A DNA stretch of 23,348 nt from Octopus sinensis (taxonomy: Eukaryota), in the NCBI RefSeq assembly GCF_006345805.1, contig NW_021836678.1:1-23348 (forward strand), read 5' to 3'. How positions within the stretch are numbered: position 1 is the stretch's first letter; each line of letters opens with the position of its first letter. The position numbers and the translations under genes were made by a program. The notes below the pieces were generated by a model that did no database searches, was not told the DNA's origin, and saw only the letters and a list, made by a program, of their open reading frames with translations. Below, piece after piece: positions 8,840-19,769 of the stretch.

Positions 8840-9787
8840 CTTGCTGACTGTTTGTTCCCCACCCACCTCTTAAAAGTAAGTGATAGGCTTGCAGGCTTTC
8901 TTGGGATAACACTAGTTTCGTATTCATATTGAAATCAATGTGGATATATAATGCCATTGAGGAATGTTTCGCGATCGCCTATTTCATTGTAAAAATGTTG
9001 TCTTGTGCGCGAGCAGAAGAAAAAAAGGCGGCAGCTCGTCCTGCCAGAAATTTCGGCGAAATCTTGCTCACATAATATACTCCTGTCGTAAGAAGATGAA
9101 GAGCATACCGGAAAGGAAAATTTGTATTAGAATTACTCTCTTCGAAAAATATAAATATGCATACATCCACACGCAAATACACATAGACAGAGAGTCAGAC
9201 ATACACACACACACACACCACACACACACACACATTACAGGTCTGCATTGGGATACGAGTTCTTTTTGGAATAGTTTTGCCCATGGTGTTTGGTATAGAA
9301 TAGTTCAATAGTGAGCAGCTCTGATATTCTGGCTAATTAATTAATCAACTGAAAGATAATCGCAGCAACGATTGCATTGTGCTAAGCCATTTCAAACATG
9401 TGTAAACAAAATAAATCTTTGATAAAACATCATCATGTATATATATATGTAAAATAATAAATAAATGCGAAAACTAGATTCTGTGTGTCAGTGTGTCACA
9501 CTTAGATCCCCTCTCTCACTGTTCAATGACACTCCTACTATTCCTCATGAAGGGGGGGGATAATAGTAGGCACAGAGACATCGTTAAACTTTGTCTAACT
9601 ATGTCTCTTTGATAGAAATTCCTGTCGCCAGCATACTGAATTCTATCATTTTGTTTTATTTTTTGCTCTCTTTAATACATATATACACATACACGTATTT
9701 GAAATAAAGTTTCCCCCAAATTAAACATCTCTGATATGATAAATGTGAATGTCAGTGTGTCACACTTTTTCAACTTTAATAAATCCA

Positions 9788-9952
9788 TTCTACTGGAAGC
9801 ACAAGGCCTCACAATTTTTGGGGAAGGGAATAAGTCGATTACATCAACCCCAGTACGTAACTGGTACTAATTTTAACGACTCCGAAAGGATGAAAGGCAA
9901 AGTCGACCTTGGCTGAATTCGAACTCAAAACCTAACGGCAGACGAAATACCG
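9788..9952 (-). mobile_element. SINE family B copy, 5'-truncated and well preserved
   Basis: The reverse complement contains GAGTTCGAATTC (B box), GTCGACTTTGCCTTTCATCCTTTCGG, AGTACCAGTTACGTACTGGGG and GGCCTTGTGC. Confidence 0.88.
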
Positions 9953-10830
9953 ACAGCGATTAAATAAATTCAGGCGAATGTCTCTTTATGCACTCTCTAC
10001 AAATAGAACCCGGTTAACTAAATTGATATTATGGGTGTAGTTTGTTATTTATTTCTTGTGATAAGTACAATTCATAAATTGTACTTATGAATTTCAGTGT
10101 ATCAATCACAAGATATAGTTGGAATGAGGGGGGAACATGAAGCATGAGAATGTATTATTAACGATTTCTTTTACTTATATTTGTTTAGTACGATGCAACC
10201 GTTTCTTGTCGAGGTTTGCATGTTATTCAATGCTTCACTTAATCGATTAATTAGCAGAAGCATGTCAGCTTTTATCTTTTACAGTCCGAGACTATGCTGA
10301 AACATCGCTTTTCAGTATGTTTGGTTTCTTATCTGTACCGGTTTTGGTGAAGTGGTGAGCTGGACTGCCCTTCTTTGTGCTTCCTGACGCGATCTGGGTT
10401 CATTTGTTATTTGATGTCATTTGTTACCGAAAATATCTGAGATTGTTTGGCAGAATATTGAACAGTTATGGACCTTTGAAATCTAAGCTGTTACAGTACA
10501 GGGTCCTTATTCGAGATGGAGAAAACGGGATCTTTGGTATTATGCAGTACCGCCCAGTTCGGTGGTTGGTATAGCTTTTAGTTCCAAAGTTGGGAGACTT
10601 TCGGGGATCTTCTATATGTATATCACAGCATAACCTTCACGCTTTCTCTCTAGGAATAGAGTTTCAGTTCCTTTGATGTCTCCAAGCAGGTCATGTGTTT
10701 TGGTCTGTTTTGTGTAGTGGTGCTGGATTGCCTCAAGTTCTGCCACCCATTTGAAGCTCTGCGGTGACCCCATTTGGGAGCGGCAATCCAGAAGACTGAC
10801 AACAAAAGTTGTCCATAGGAGTAGCTTGGT

Positions 10831-10833
<3 letters not shown>

Positions 10834-10868
<35 letters not shown>
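10834..10868. repeat. (TA)n microsatellite
   Basis: Read directly from the sequence. Confidence 0.97.
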
Positions 10869-10873
<5 letters not shown>

Positions 10874-11308
10874 CAGATCTCTGACTTGTTTTGGATAATT
10901 TGTTGCAGTTGCTTCCTCCTGAGTCATATCCCATGTCCAAAAAAAACATGTAAAAAAATTCGCCGAAGTAATGAAAACATAGGAATCCAAAATTTCAGGA
11001 TTTCAGGTCCGGATTCGGCGCGGAATGTTTTCAATTTACTCATGGAGTTAGCCTTTAGATTATAAAAATTATTGTCATACGTAAAAACTTGCCGCCAAAA
11101 GTCACGTAAAAATCACCGAAAACAATCACAGTCATGAAAATTTGGGAATCTATATACCCCTCAAGTTCAGAAGAGTATGCGTGAGACCACGCACACACGC
11201 ATGCGTATAAATATTTCTATACATTTATACAGGCATCTATCGAGTGAGAAATAGAGAAAGAAAGAGAGAGAGAGGGGGAAGAAGAGAGAAAGATAGATAA
11301 ATACATAA

Positions 11309-11616
11309 GCGGCAAGAAGCTTGCTTCTCAACCACATGATTTCGGGTTCAATCCCACAGTGTGGCACCTTGGGCTAGTGTTCTCTACTACAGCCTCGGGC
11401 CGACCAAAGCCTTGTGAGTGGATTTGGTAGACGGAAAAATAAAGAAGCCTGTCGTATATATATATATATATATATATATCTGTGTGTGCGTGTGTGCGTT
11501 TGTACCCCCACCTACCCATCCCTTCACAACCGATGTTGGTGTATTCTTCGACTAAAAGGTGGTGCTCCAGCATGGCCCCAGTCAAATGACTGAAACAAGT
11601 GTAAGAATAAAAGAAT
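11309..11616 (+). mobile_element. tRNA-derived SINE family A with internal (TA)n(TG)n
   Basis: B box GGTTCAATCCC, body GGCCGACCAAAGCCTTGTGAGTGGATTTGG, an internal microsatellite and tail CAGCATGGCCCCAGTCAAATGACTGAAACAAGT. Homologous to 17187-17550 (-). Confidence 0.9.
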
Positions 11617-12025
11617 ATGTATACATGCATACTTGCACACGCATACACGTACAAATATACACATGATGAATATATATGTATGCTTGTTTGTGTGTGTGTA
11701 TATATATATGTATATATATAGAGAGATATACAAACCCATCACATCTGTTAATGACTGTGTTCTGCTGTTTTCGTTTTCATTTTTCGTTTCTAAGACTGAG
11801 TGGGCGGCTGCTATTGATGTCTGCCATATATCTGTAGATCTCCTCCTGTTCTGAAGGTCACACCCACCAACTTGATACTCTCTACGTCAAGCAATTGGCG
11901 TTATTGCCATGGATTTACAAATAAACAGCAGTGAACCCACAATATTTACACCATATATGTCAAATGCAATGTGAAGGGCTTCGCTACACAGTTACCGTGC
12001 AGCACTGTTTACTGCTTCGTTTTAG

Positions 12026-12252
12026 GTTACAAACTGACTGTGAGAAACAGATAAGTAGGCACGGCTTAGACTAACACACTCACACACACACATAAACGTG
12101 CGCGCGCACACACACATAAACGTGCACGCGCACACACACACACACACACACACAAACACAGAGGCGCGCCTGCGTCTAACACCAACAACATTCATAACAA
12201 GAGCTCCGCAGCGAATAACGAACACGATGGACGTTCGTCACCAATTTCCCTG
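12026..12252 (+). other. Candidate exon (UTR-like, 227 nt)
   Basis: Acceptor actgcttcgttttAG and donor CTG/GTAAGA. Contains a CA repeat and an ATG in ACGATGG context at 12227. Confidence 0.25.
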
Positions 12253-12654
12253 GTAAGAAAGATTAAATCTGGATTTAAGAAACAGCAAAAAAGTGAAAGA
12301 AAACTACTTCTTAATGTAAATCATCCCAGGAACACGAACGGTTTTTCAAACAATAGTTAACAATACGTGGAATTACGATATCAAAACTGTGCGTTGCTGC
12401 AGCAAAGTTTATGCGCGAAAGTGTAAACAATATGAGGAGCTGCGAGATCTATTTACGACGGAACCGTGAACGAAAGTTTGAGTAGCAGAACTAATATGTA
12501 GGCATTCATATTATACACATATGTATATTGTTATTTCTCGATTAGACATCAACCAGTATAATATTTGTGTTTCTACAATTCCCACACGAACACGTAGCAG
12601 CCTCCCTGCGTACACAAAACGAACAAGCATCGAGCGCCCGGTATTTAAATGCTT

Positions 12655-13135
12655 TCATTAAAAGCTGCAACAGGTTTCTTGAATTTCTTTTAAAACTGTC
12701 GAAAGGGACAGCTGTGCACATTAATAAAGCTCTGAAGAAATAGTGGTGAATTTCGTTCTATGATTGGGGAATCGCGGTACGAAAGATGTCCCAACACGTG
12801 GCCGGAGGCGGTGTTCTGATAAAAAGTTCATACTGAATAGACGGACCCATTTCTTAATGTCACTGCTGATACCCTTCCGAAGAACACTGCTCGCAACTCC
12901 CACACAACTCACAATACACTCACTATGAGGACGAAAGACTCAAGCACAAACCCCATAACTAAACATACTGATTCAATACAATACGGAAAGCATTTAAGCC
13001 TGCCTGAAGGTACGTGGTACTTCGTTGTGCAAACACAATACACTACGAAGCATACTGAATGTTTTTATAAGTTAGGGCCACGGTTTACTGCGCCACAAGT
13101 GCTTATTACATCTTTTAGGTTGTTTCTACAAATAT
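12655..13135 (-). mobile_element. Possible very degenerate CR1/L2-group LINE 3' remnant
   Basis: Minus-strand peptide scraps (NLK.., LTYKNIQYAS, HRTKF..FFRALL..DSFKRN) occur in the order expected for an ORF2 C-terminus. Several frameshifts are needed. Confidence 0.3.
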
Positions 13136-13239
13136 TTTACAGATTTTCAGATATTCTATAGAATATCTGTAGAAACAACCTTAAAAATGATACAGGAAGT
13201 GTTTGTACTTCCCAAGCAATATAAAATAAATGTTTAACC

Positions 13240-15778
13240 CACTGCTGCTAGGTCATGAATGCTATGTTGATGACCAGCGCATTACTGCCCATCCGAATGA
13301 GGCTAGACAGACACCTCGAAGCTTGATGAAGCAAATCTGTCTAGAGTAGTGACGAAAATCACTCCTTACCAGTAAGGTTAAAACGGATTCTTCATGCAAA
13401 ATGCAAACTAGAAACAAATATCGCATCGTCCGTCACGCGAGTGACCAAGGGAGGTATTCCCCAGTGAGAAACCAGCCTGAGGTCGAGAAGTTGAAAACTG
13501 AAACAAACTTCTCTGAAAAGTATTTTGAGAGAAATCAGAACCGAGAAATCAACCATGACACCTTAAGACAAACACCAAATAAAACAAACCACGAAACTAG
13601 ACCTATCGTTAGAGACACCCCTGAACATGATGTTGATGTAGGTAACTTAGAACCTGAAATAGCAAATGGCCGAACTGAAAGTGAAGTAGGAATAAACCCG
13701 AAGCTGCAGCAGTTCGCTGGAGCCAACAGAGAGAAAATATTAAAGGCAAAATACGATATCCTGAGAGAGCAAGGCATCTCTAAATATCTAGAAATCCACG
13801 AGAGAGAGAGAGTAAGAGAGAGAGCAATTACCAAAACAAATCACTATACGATCAAAATGCACCCTGAAGCAGCTTCTCCTTCTAACAGACATATTTAACC
13901 TCATTAAACCATCTTATATATTCAACAGCTGTTGCTGCCACAAAGAAAATAGGCATCAAGGTAAAGAAAAAAGCTCACAAAAAAGCACACGGGCACCCAA
14001 AGTGGGAAGAGCGCTTAAATAAGGAAATCGAGAGGTTCCGACGGGTTACAAAGATAAAGCATAAATATAGTCTGACAGACAAAAGAGATGGTTCAGCAAA
14101 AAATAAAGGCTAAGGCCCAACGCTTACCAGGTGTGGAAAGAGAAGAAAATTTTACACCAAAAATAAGATATATAAAACTGATACTAAGAAATTCTACAGA
14201 GATTTAGGGAAACAGTTGGTCGAAGTAAAGGATCCACCTGAAAGAAGTAGTGACATTTTGGAAAAGCATTTGGAGCGATAGAAAGGAATTCAACAAGGAA
14301 GCTGAATGGGTAGAATAAGAAGAAAAAAGAATTGCTGAAATTGAAGAACAGAGATGGAACGACGTTACAGGAACTAACTGAAGCTCTATCTAAAACTCAT
14401 AAGTGGAAATCTGAACCTGATAAAATCCAAAGCTTCTGGATTAATGGCCTTTCATTATCACATTGTCAGTTAATGGAATGTTTCTGTAATATCATCAGAA
14501 AAGACACCAAGTTGGGTAACATTAGGGATAACTTACGTACTCCCTAAAACGAGTGACACAAGAAACCCCAAAGTCTACAGGTCGATCACTTGTTTCACCA
14601 AAACATTTACAGCCATACTCACCGAATGTACCAATTTCTAGATGAAAATAACATCCTTCCGTTTGAACAAAAAGATGCAAAAGAAACTCATACGGCTGCA
14701 AAGACCAGCTGTTAATAGACCGGATGATGCTCAGAAAATTGTTCATCTGAAAAACGAAACCTTAGCACAGCATGGATTGGCTACCGTAAGGCATTTGACA
14801 GTGTCCCACATAGCTGGATCTTAAAGGCACTAAATATATACTAAGGTTTTCTACAGCACAGCATGGAACTGTGGAACACAAAATTGTTTCTCAACCACGA
14901 GAAAGGTTCGTATGCGTCAGAAAACATAAGAATAGGTCGTGGAATATGGGGATAGTGATGTAGATATGAGAAGAACCCAACAGTGGCTGCAAAGGGTTGG
15001 GTTGAAAGCAAAGAACAGGATTTATCTTAGAGGCACAAGATCAGAGTCTCCTCACTCGGAATCAAGCTAATGTCGCACACAATGAGGCAAACACAAAGTG
15101 TAGACTCTACAATCACAGACTTGAGAGTACTGACCACATTGTTGCCGGTTATTCAGTCCTTGCCCCTACAGAATATAAAACTAGGCAGGATCGAGTTGGC
15201 CAATATTTGCACTGGAGCGTATGTAGTCACTATAATATCCCACACCCTAAGAACTGGTATGAACACCATCCAGAGCCAGTCACTGATGGAGACAATGCTA
15301 CCATCCTATGAGATTATGAGATATATACAGACAGACAAATAAATGATAAGAGATCAGACAACGTCATTAAAGGCATAAGACAAAAAACATGCCGTGAACA
15401 GAAAACAAAATACGCTCCCGATGATTGAGAAGGCATGTCCTGGAGACAACAGGATTGGAAACGAAACAACAAAAAGTGACAAATGAGAAATTAAAGGGGA
15501 AAAACGCAGGATGTGAGAAATGAAGAACGTTTATATAATGTCAATAGTGATTGGTGCAGTTGGAAGTAGCAGTATCCAACTACCATCATGGTTGAAAAGA
15601 TTGGAAAGAATTTAAAGATAGAACACCTATTGTTGCTTGGAATTGCAAATGTACTCCGCAGAATCCTTGAAGTATGATCGGTAAACAAATGTCACAGCCA
15701 TCTGCTGACCTGTGGACAGCTGACGCTTCCCATCAGACCCAACAAAATGTAGCTGAAAATGATTGTAATATAATAATG
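13240..15778 (+). mobile_element. R4/Dong-clade non-LTR retrotransposon (RLE type), decayed and internally deleted
   Basis: Single-ORF remnants followed by a short 3' UTR ending TAATATAATAAT. Dong-type elements are known to target or end in TAA repeats. The 5' boundary is approximate. Confidence 0.85.
13401..15677 (+). pseudogene. Reverse transcriptase / CCHC / restriction-like endonuclease pseudogene
   Basis: Across frames: PKWEERLNKEIERFRR, FWKSIW, WKSEPDKIQSFW, GITYVLPK..YRSITC, GCKDQLLID, AWIGYRKAFDSVPHSWI, RGI, EAQDQSLLTRN, CRLY..HIVAGY, RQDRVGQYLHW, RSDNVI (PD motif), ACPGDNRI, IVIGAVG and LLGIANVLRRILEV*. Confidence 0.92.
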
Positions 15779-15950
15779 CCTGAAAGTTTGGAGAATGGAA
15801 CCAAGCGATTTCATCGGCCCCAGTGCTCAACAGATAACTATTCTATCGACTCTAAAAGGGCCTCCGCAAAACTTTAGGTCAGAACCAAAAGGCCAAAAGA
15901 AATGCACTAAGTATTTTGTCCGTCGTGCTAATGATTTGGCCAACACGCCG
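15779..15950 (-). mobile_element. SINE family B copy (diverged)
   Basis: The reverse complement begins CGGCGTGTTGGCCAAATCATTAGCACGACGGACAAAATACTTAG and contains AGCACTGGGGCCGATGAAATCG. Confidence 0.7.
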
Positions 15951-16001
15951 ATGACGACGACGACCACCACTATGATGATAATGATGATGATGCTGATAAT
16001 G
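15951..16001. repeat. (ACG)/(ACC)/(ATG) trinucleotide repeats
   Basis: Read directly from the sequence. Confidence 0.9.
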
Positions 16002-16348
16002 AGGTAAGTATTTATGAGTCAAATGTTGCAGAGTTAAGAGTGGCAATTTTTAGACATGGTACCTAATTACAGTTGACTGTAGCACAAGTTTGCTGTTGTT
16101 CTCGTCTAATTTAGGGGATCTCTAAAAAAAAGGAGACCCTATGATCAAAAGTATTCCACTCAAGACAGATTGATGTGATTTAAGAATGTTGCTGTGTTTG
16201 GATGGAGGGCATAATTTAGGTGAGTAAGGTCGATATCTTAAAGTAAGATAGAGATAGCAGGTAGGGCTCTGGCCCTCTTTTTAGCTGCCTGGTGAAGATA
16301 ACTCGCAACTTCAGCGAGATAGGGATATATAAAAAGTGAATAATTGTA

Positions 16349-16440
16349 AGGGAGAGAAAGAAAGAGGGAAAGAGTTAGAAAGACTGAGAGAAAAAGGGAC
16401 AGAAAGAAAAGAGAAGATGAAAAGAAAAAAGGAGATATAA

Positions 16441-16472
<32 letters not shown>

Positions 16473-16830
16473 TAAAGAAGGAAAGGGAGAGAAAGAGAGA
16501 TAGGGGAGAGGTAGAGAGAAAAGGTGAACCAGAAATGGAGGACAGAAAGAGATAAAGAGATAAAAACAAAGGCAGAGAAAAAAGTAAGAGAGAGAAGGAG
16601 TAAGAAAGAGAGATAAAGGAAAAAGAAAACAAGGAGAGACATAAGGATAGATAGAGAAGAAAAGAGAGAAACGGGGAGACAAAAAGAGAGAAAGACAGAA
16701 AGAGTAAGAGACACTAGGAAAAAAGAATAAAAGATAAAGAGAGAATGATAGACAGATAGGTAGGTAGATCGATGGATAGATTGGTAAGTAGATAGATTGA
16801 TAGATAGAGTGTGTGTATGTATGTGTGTTT
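16349..16830. repeat. About 400-bp polypurine (GA-rich) tract, followed by (GATA)n and (TG)n
   Basis: Read directly; explains the three Leu/Ser/Phe-rich minus-strand ORFs. Confidence 0.95.
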
Positions 16831-17091
16831 GTATGGCAAAGTGTCTCTTCAACAGTTAATCTTGTGAATGGAGAAACAAGTTTGTGCGGTAAAGAAATCA
16901 ACAAAGATAATTAAAAATAAAAGCAGTACTAAGCAGTTAGTCGGTACTAATTAAAAGTGTCACTTTACAAGTCATATTTCGATTATGTTGACTTTTAATA
17001 ATGAGGCAAACTTAGAGTTAATTAAATATCAACAACCATATCAATTCTATCGATTCGCTCTGCTAATTAGGACAGTGCCAATGGATCTCAG

Positions 17092-17092
17092 A

Positions 17093-17157
<65 letters not shown>

Positions 17158-17184
17158 TATATACACATACATATATACATATAT
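17092..17184. repeat. (ATCT)n(TA)n microsatellite
   Basis: Read directly from the sequence. Confidence 0.95.
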
Positions 17185-17186
17185 CG

Positions 17187-17550
17187 CTTTTATCTTTTAC
17201 TTGTACTATTCATTTCACTGCGGCCATGTTGGGGTACCGCCCTGAAGAATATTTTAATCGAATGAATCGCCCCCACTACTAACATCCTTTTTCAAAGCTA
17301 GGTACTTAGTCTATCAGCTTCTATTGCCGATTACTGGGACGTAGATACGCCAAGACCACTTGTCCATCAGTGGTGGTGGTCAAACATAGACACAAACTCA
17401 CAACCACACACACACTTACATGTATATACGACGGGTTTCATTCAGTTTCCGTCTAACAAATACACTTGCTTAAGTTGCCATGTTGTGAGACTGAACCCGG
17501 AACCATGTGATTGAGAAGCAAGCTTCTTACCACACGGCCACGCCTGCGCC
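17187..17550 (-). mobile_element. SINE family A copy with intact 5' head
   Basis: The reverse complement starts GGCGCAGGCGTGGCCGTGTGGTAAGAAGCTTGCTTCTCAATCACATGGTTCCGGGTTCAGTCTC (A and B boxes). The tail is homologous to about 11560-11610. Confidence 0.9.
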
Positions 17551-17714
17551 TATATATGTGTATATAGATATTAATATTTATCAGAAGTAACGAAGTGACT
17601 CAAGGCCCGAGAGTTTCGTTCGTTGACATTTATCAAACTAAATATTAATAAAAATATGCATATATTCATATTTTGACTTCTAGTTTTCTTGTCTGCATCA
17701 CCATACCTGTATGT

Positions 17715-17749
<35 letters not shown>

Positions 17750-17884
17750 TATGCATACTCAAGCTCATCTTTAGCAGAATTGATTAATCAATTTTTTGTT
17801 GAGTGACATAATTTACTTTGTGGTGATAATAGGTCACGTACGTATTACGGCGAGCGAACCATTCTAACACTCAACTTTTTTTTT

Positions 17885-17980
17885 ATTTATAAAATAGATC
17901 TCTCTGTGTGTATGCGTGTGTTCGTTTTTCACGCGAAAACGGCTTCACGAATTAGTACCATTCTTGGGATGCAGGAATAA
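17885..17980 (+). mobile_element. Possible non-autonomous Helitron-like 5' fragment
   Basis: TATAAAA...(TG-rich)...TCACGCGAAAACGGCT..ACGAATT resembles the 5' motif of invertebrate non-autonomous Helitrons. No hairpin-CTAG 3' end was identified. Confidence 0.3.
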
Positions 17981-18194
17981 TTTGATCTGAGACACTATAA
18001 TATTGTCTTGATGTATATTAAAAAAAATAAATAATATTACTTTATATATATAAGATTCACTTCTTCACTCTATGTTCTTTCTCTCACTCCCCTTCCTTCT
18101 TCACTCTCTTTCTCACCCATTTTCCTTATTCTCTCTCTCTCTCTCTCATCTCTTCCTTCCTCACTCTATCAATAACTCAACTCTTTTCGATTTT

Positions 18195-18252
18195 ACTGGT
18201 ATTTAATTTATCGATACCGAAAAGATGAAAGGCAAAGACGACCTCGGCAGAA
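18195..18252 (-). mobile_element. SINE family B core fragment
   Basis: ACTGGTATTTAATTTATCGATACCGAAAAGATGAAAGGCAAAGACGACCTCGGC aligns with 9860-9913. Confidence 0.85.
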
Positions 18253-18266
18253 GCAAGTTATCTATA

Positions 18267-19452
18267 TTGAGTTGGTAAAAACTTCCATTCGGTTTTTTAA
18301 GCGAAAATAAGATTTAAGTTTTAAAACAATGCTATTTATTTAATCAACGATAGAGTTACCGTTTCCTTCCAGTGTCTTTTAGCATTTTGTTTCCCGCACA
18401 AAGAATTTACAGTCTTTACAGGCGAAAAACTCTTTCATGTGAAATTTTACATACTTCTTAGATTTGAAAATTTGTCTATTCAAGGAATTTCGAAGATACC
18501 AAATTAGATGGAAGTCTAAAAGCACAAGTATGGAGGGTGCGGCAGAACTTTCTAGTCAATCCCTCGCAGCCTCTGCCACGTCTGCAAAGAAGTGTGCAGT
18601 CTGGCGTTGGCGCGATGAAAGACAATGCCTTTGCGATTAACAAATATTGGGCGATTCTGGTGGATCGCTGTATTTAATTTGTCCAGCTGGTCACGGCGTA
18701 CATCCGAACTTGATGGTCCTGACTGTGAGAAGATGCTCGCAAAAGACAACTCGCTTCCAATCAAACAGAGTATATAATCCTGATTTGGAGGTTGTTTGTG
18801 GATTCGTTGCATTTTCCCCATAATCTTTTGTGCTACACATTTCATTTATTGACCCTTGTCATGACGCCCCTCAAAAAAAAAAATGTTTTTTTCACGTTTC
18901 TGCTACGAATTGCAGATCGAAATCCATCAGGCGAGGTTAACCTCATTCAAATGATGTGGGACCCTAGCACATTAAGTCTGGTGACGTAACAAAGCTGATG
19001 CAGATCATTTTCAACACCAGATTTGGATATCCGGAGAATATCTACCATCATCCTGGTCGTATAAAAGGGGTTGGTGTTGACTAACTCCTTTGTTTTCTGG
19101 CAGTTAATCTCAAAAGTTTCCTGATCGAAATCTTGAAAACAATTTCTGACACACATGTTTCGAAACAGCATCGTCTTCGCACACAGCACATGTCCTCCTG
19201 CAGGTTTCCACCGCATTTTGCTTTAAAAAAAAATAAAATGAGATCTCGATAATGTTCGCTTTGGCTCTTCATTTTTAGAGTGATGCCAAGCACACAAAAT
19301 ACAACCCATCTCGTAGCAAGTTTGCGTCGGATTACATTTGTCAAATGTGTAATGAGTGCGCATGCGCAAGAGACAGGCTAAAGTTAACTACTTACGAGAG
19401 TGCTTGAAGTTTGGCTTCGACAAAAACCAAACGGACTTTTTGATCAAGCCAA
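18267..19452 (-). mobile_element. Mariner transposon, near full length and old (1186 bp)
   Basis: 31-bp TIRs at 18267-18297 and 19422-19452 (23/31 identical) with TA on both flanks. Transposase remnants run from the ATG at 19272: MKSQSEHYR, NPFYTTRMMVDILRISKS, NRKGIVFHRANARLHTS and VLPHPPY. Confidence 0.9.
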
Positions 19453-19550
19453 TATTCCACATCTGTTAGTGACCCTCCCTTTGGATTCTGAGCAGCGAAA
19501 CTGGATTAAATATATTAATTAAGCTTCTTCCTCAATAAAGGACGATCTTT

Positions 19551-19758
19551 AAGGCGACGGCCCAGCAGAGTTGTTAGCATTCTGAACAAAACGCTTAGAG
19601 GTATTTCACCAGGTCCTACTTCTGAGTTCAAATACTGTCCAGGCTGACTTTGCCTTTCATCTTTTCGGGATCATAAGTCCCAATTTAATACTGTGGAGCG
19701 ATGTAATCGGTTTAACCCGTTTCCCGAAATTGAGAGCCTTGTACCAAACTTTGAAACC
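19551..19758 (+). mobile_element. SINE family B full-length copy
   Basis: Head AAGGCGACGG..GCAGAGTTGTTAGCA, B box GAGTTCAAATAC, core GACTTTGCCTTTCATCTTTTCGG and tail GCCTTGTACCAAACTTTGAAACC. Confidence 0.85.
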
Positions 19759-19769
19759 AACATAGGATA

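Noticed and set aside
10950-11160. Possible DNA transposon or MITE interior
   Set aside because: No terminal inverted repeats or target duplication could be located, so no call was made.
13401-13898. 165-aa ORF as a standalone gene
   Set aside because: It is best read as the N-terminal part of the disrupted R4-type ORF, whose motifs continue downstream after a frameshift.
16000-16009. Consensus splice donor GAG/GTAAGT
   Set aside because: It is preceded only by trinucleotide repeats and a SINE, with no convincing acceptor or coding exon.
16238-16904. Hydrophobic membrane-like ORFs of about 200 aa
   Set aside because: They are the complement of a GA-rich tract, which lacks stop codons by composition.
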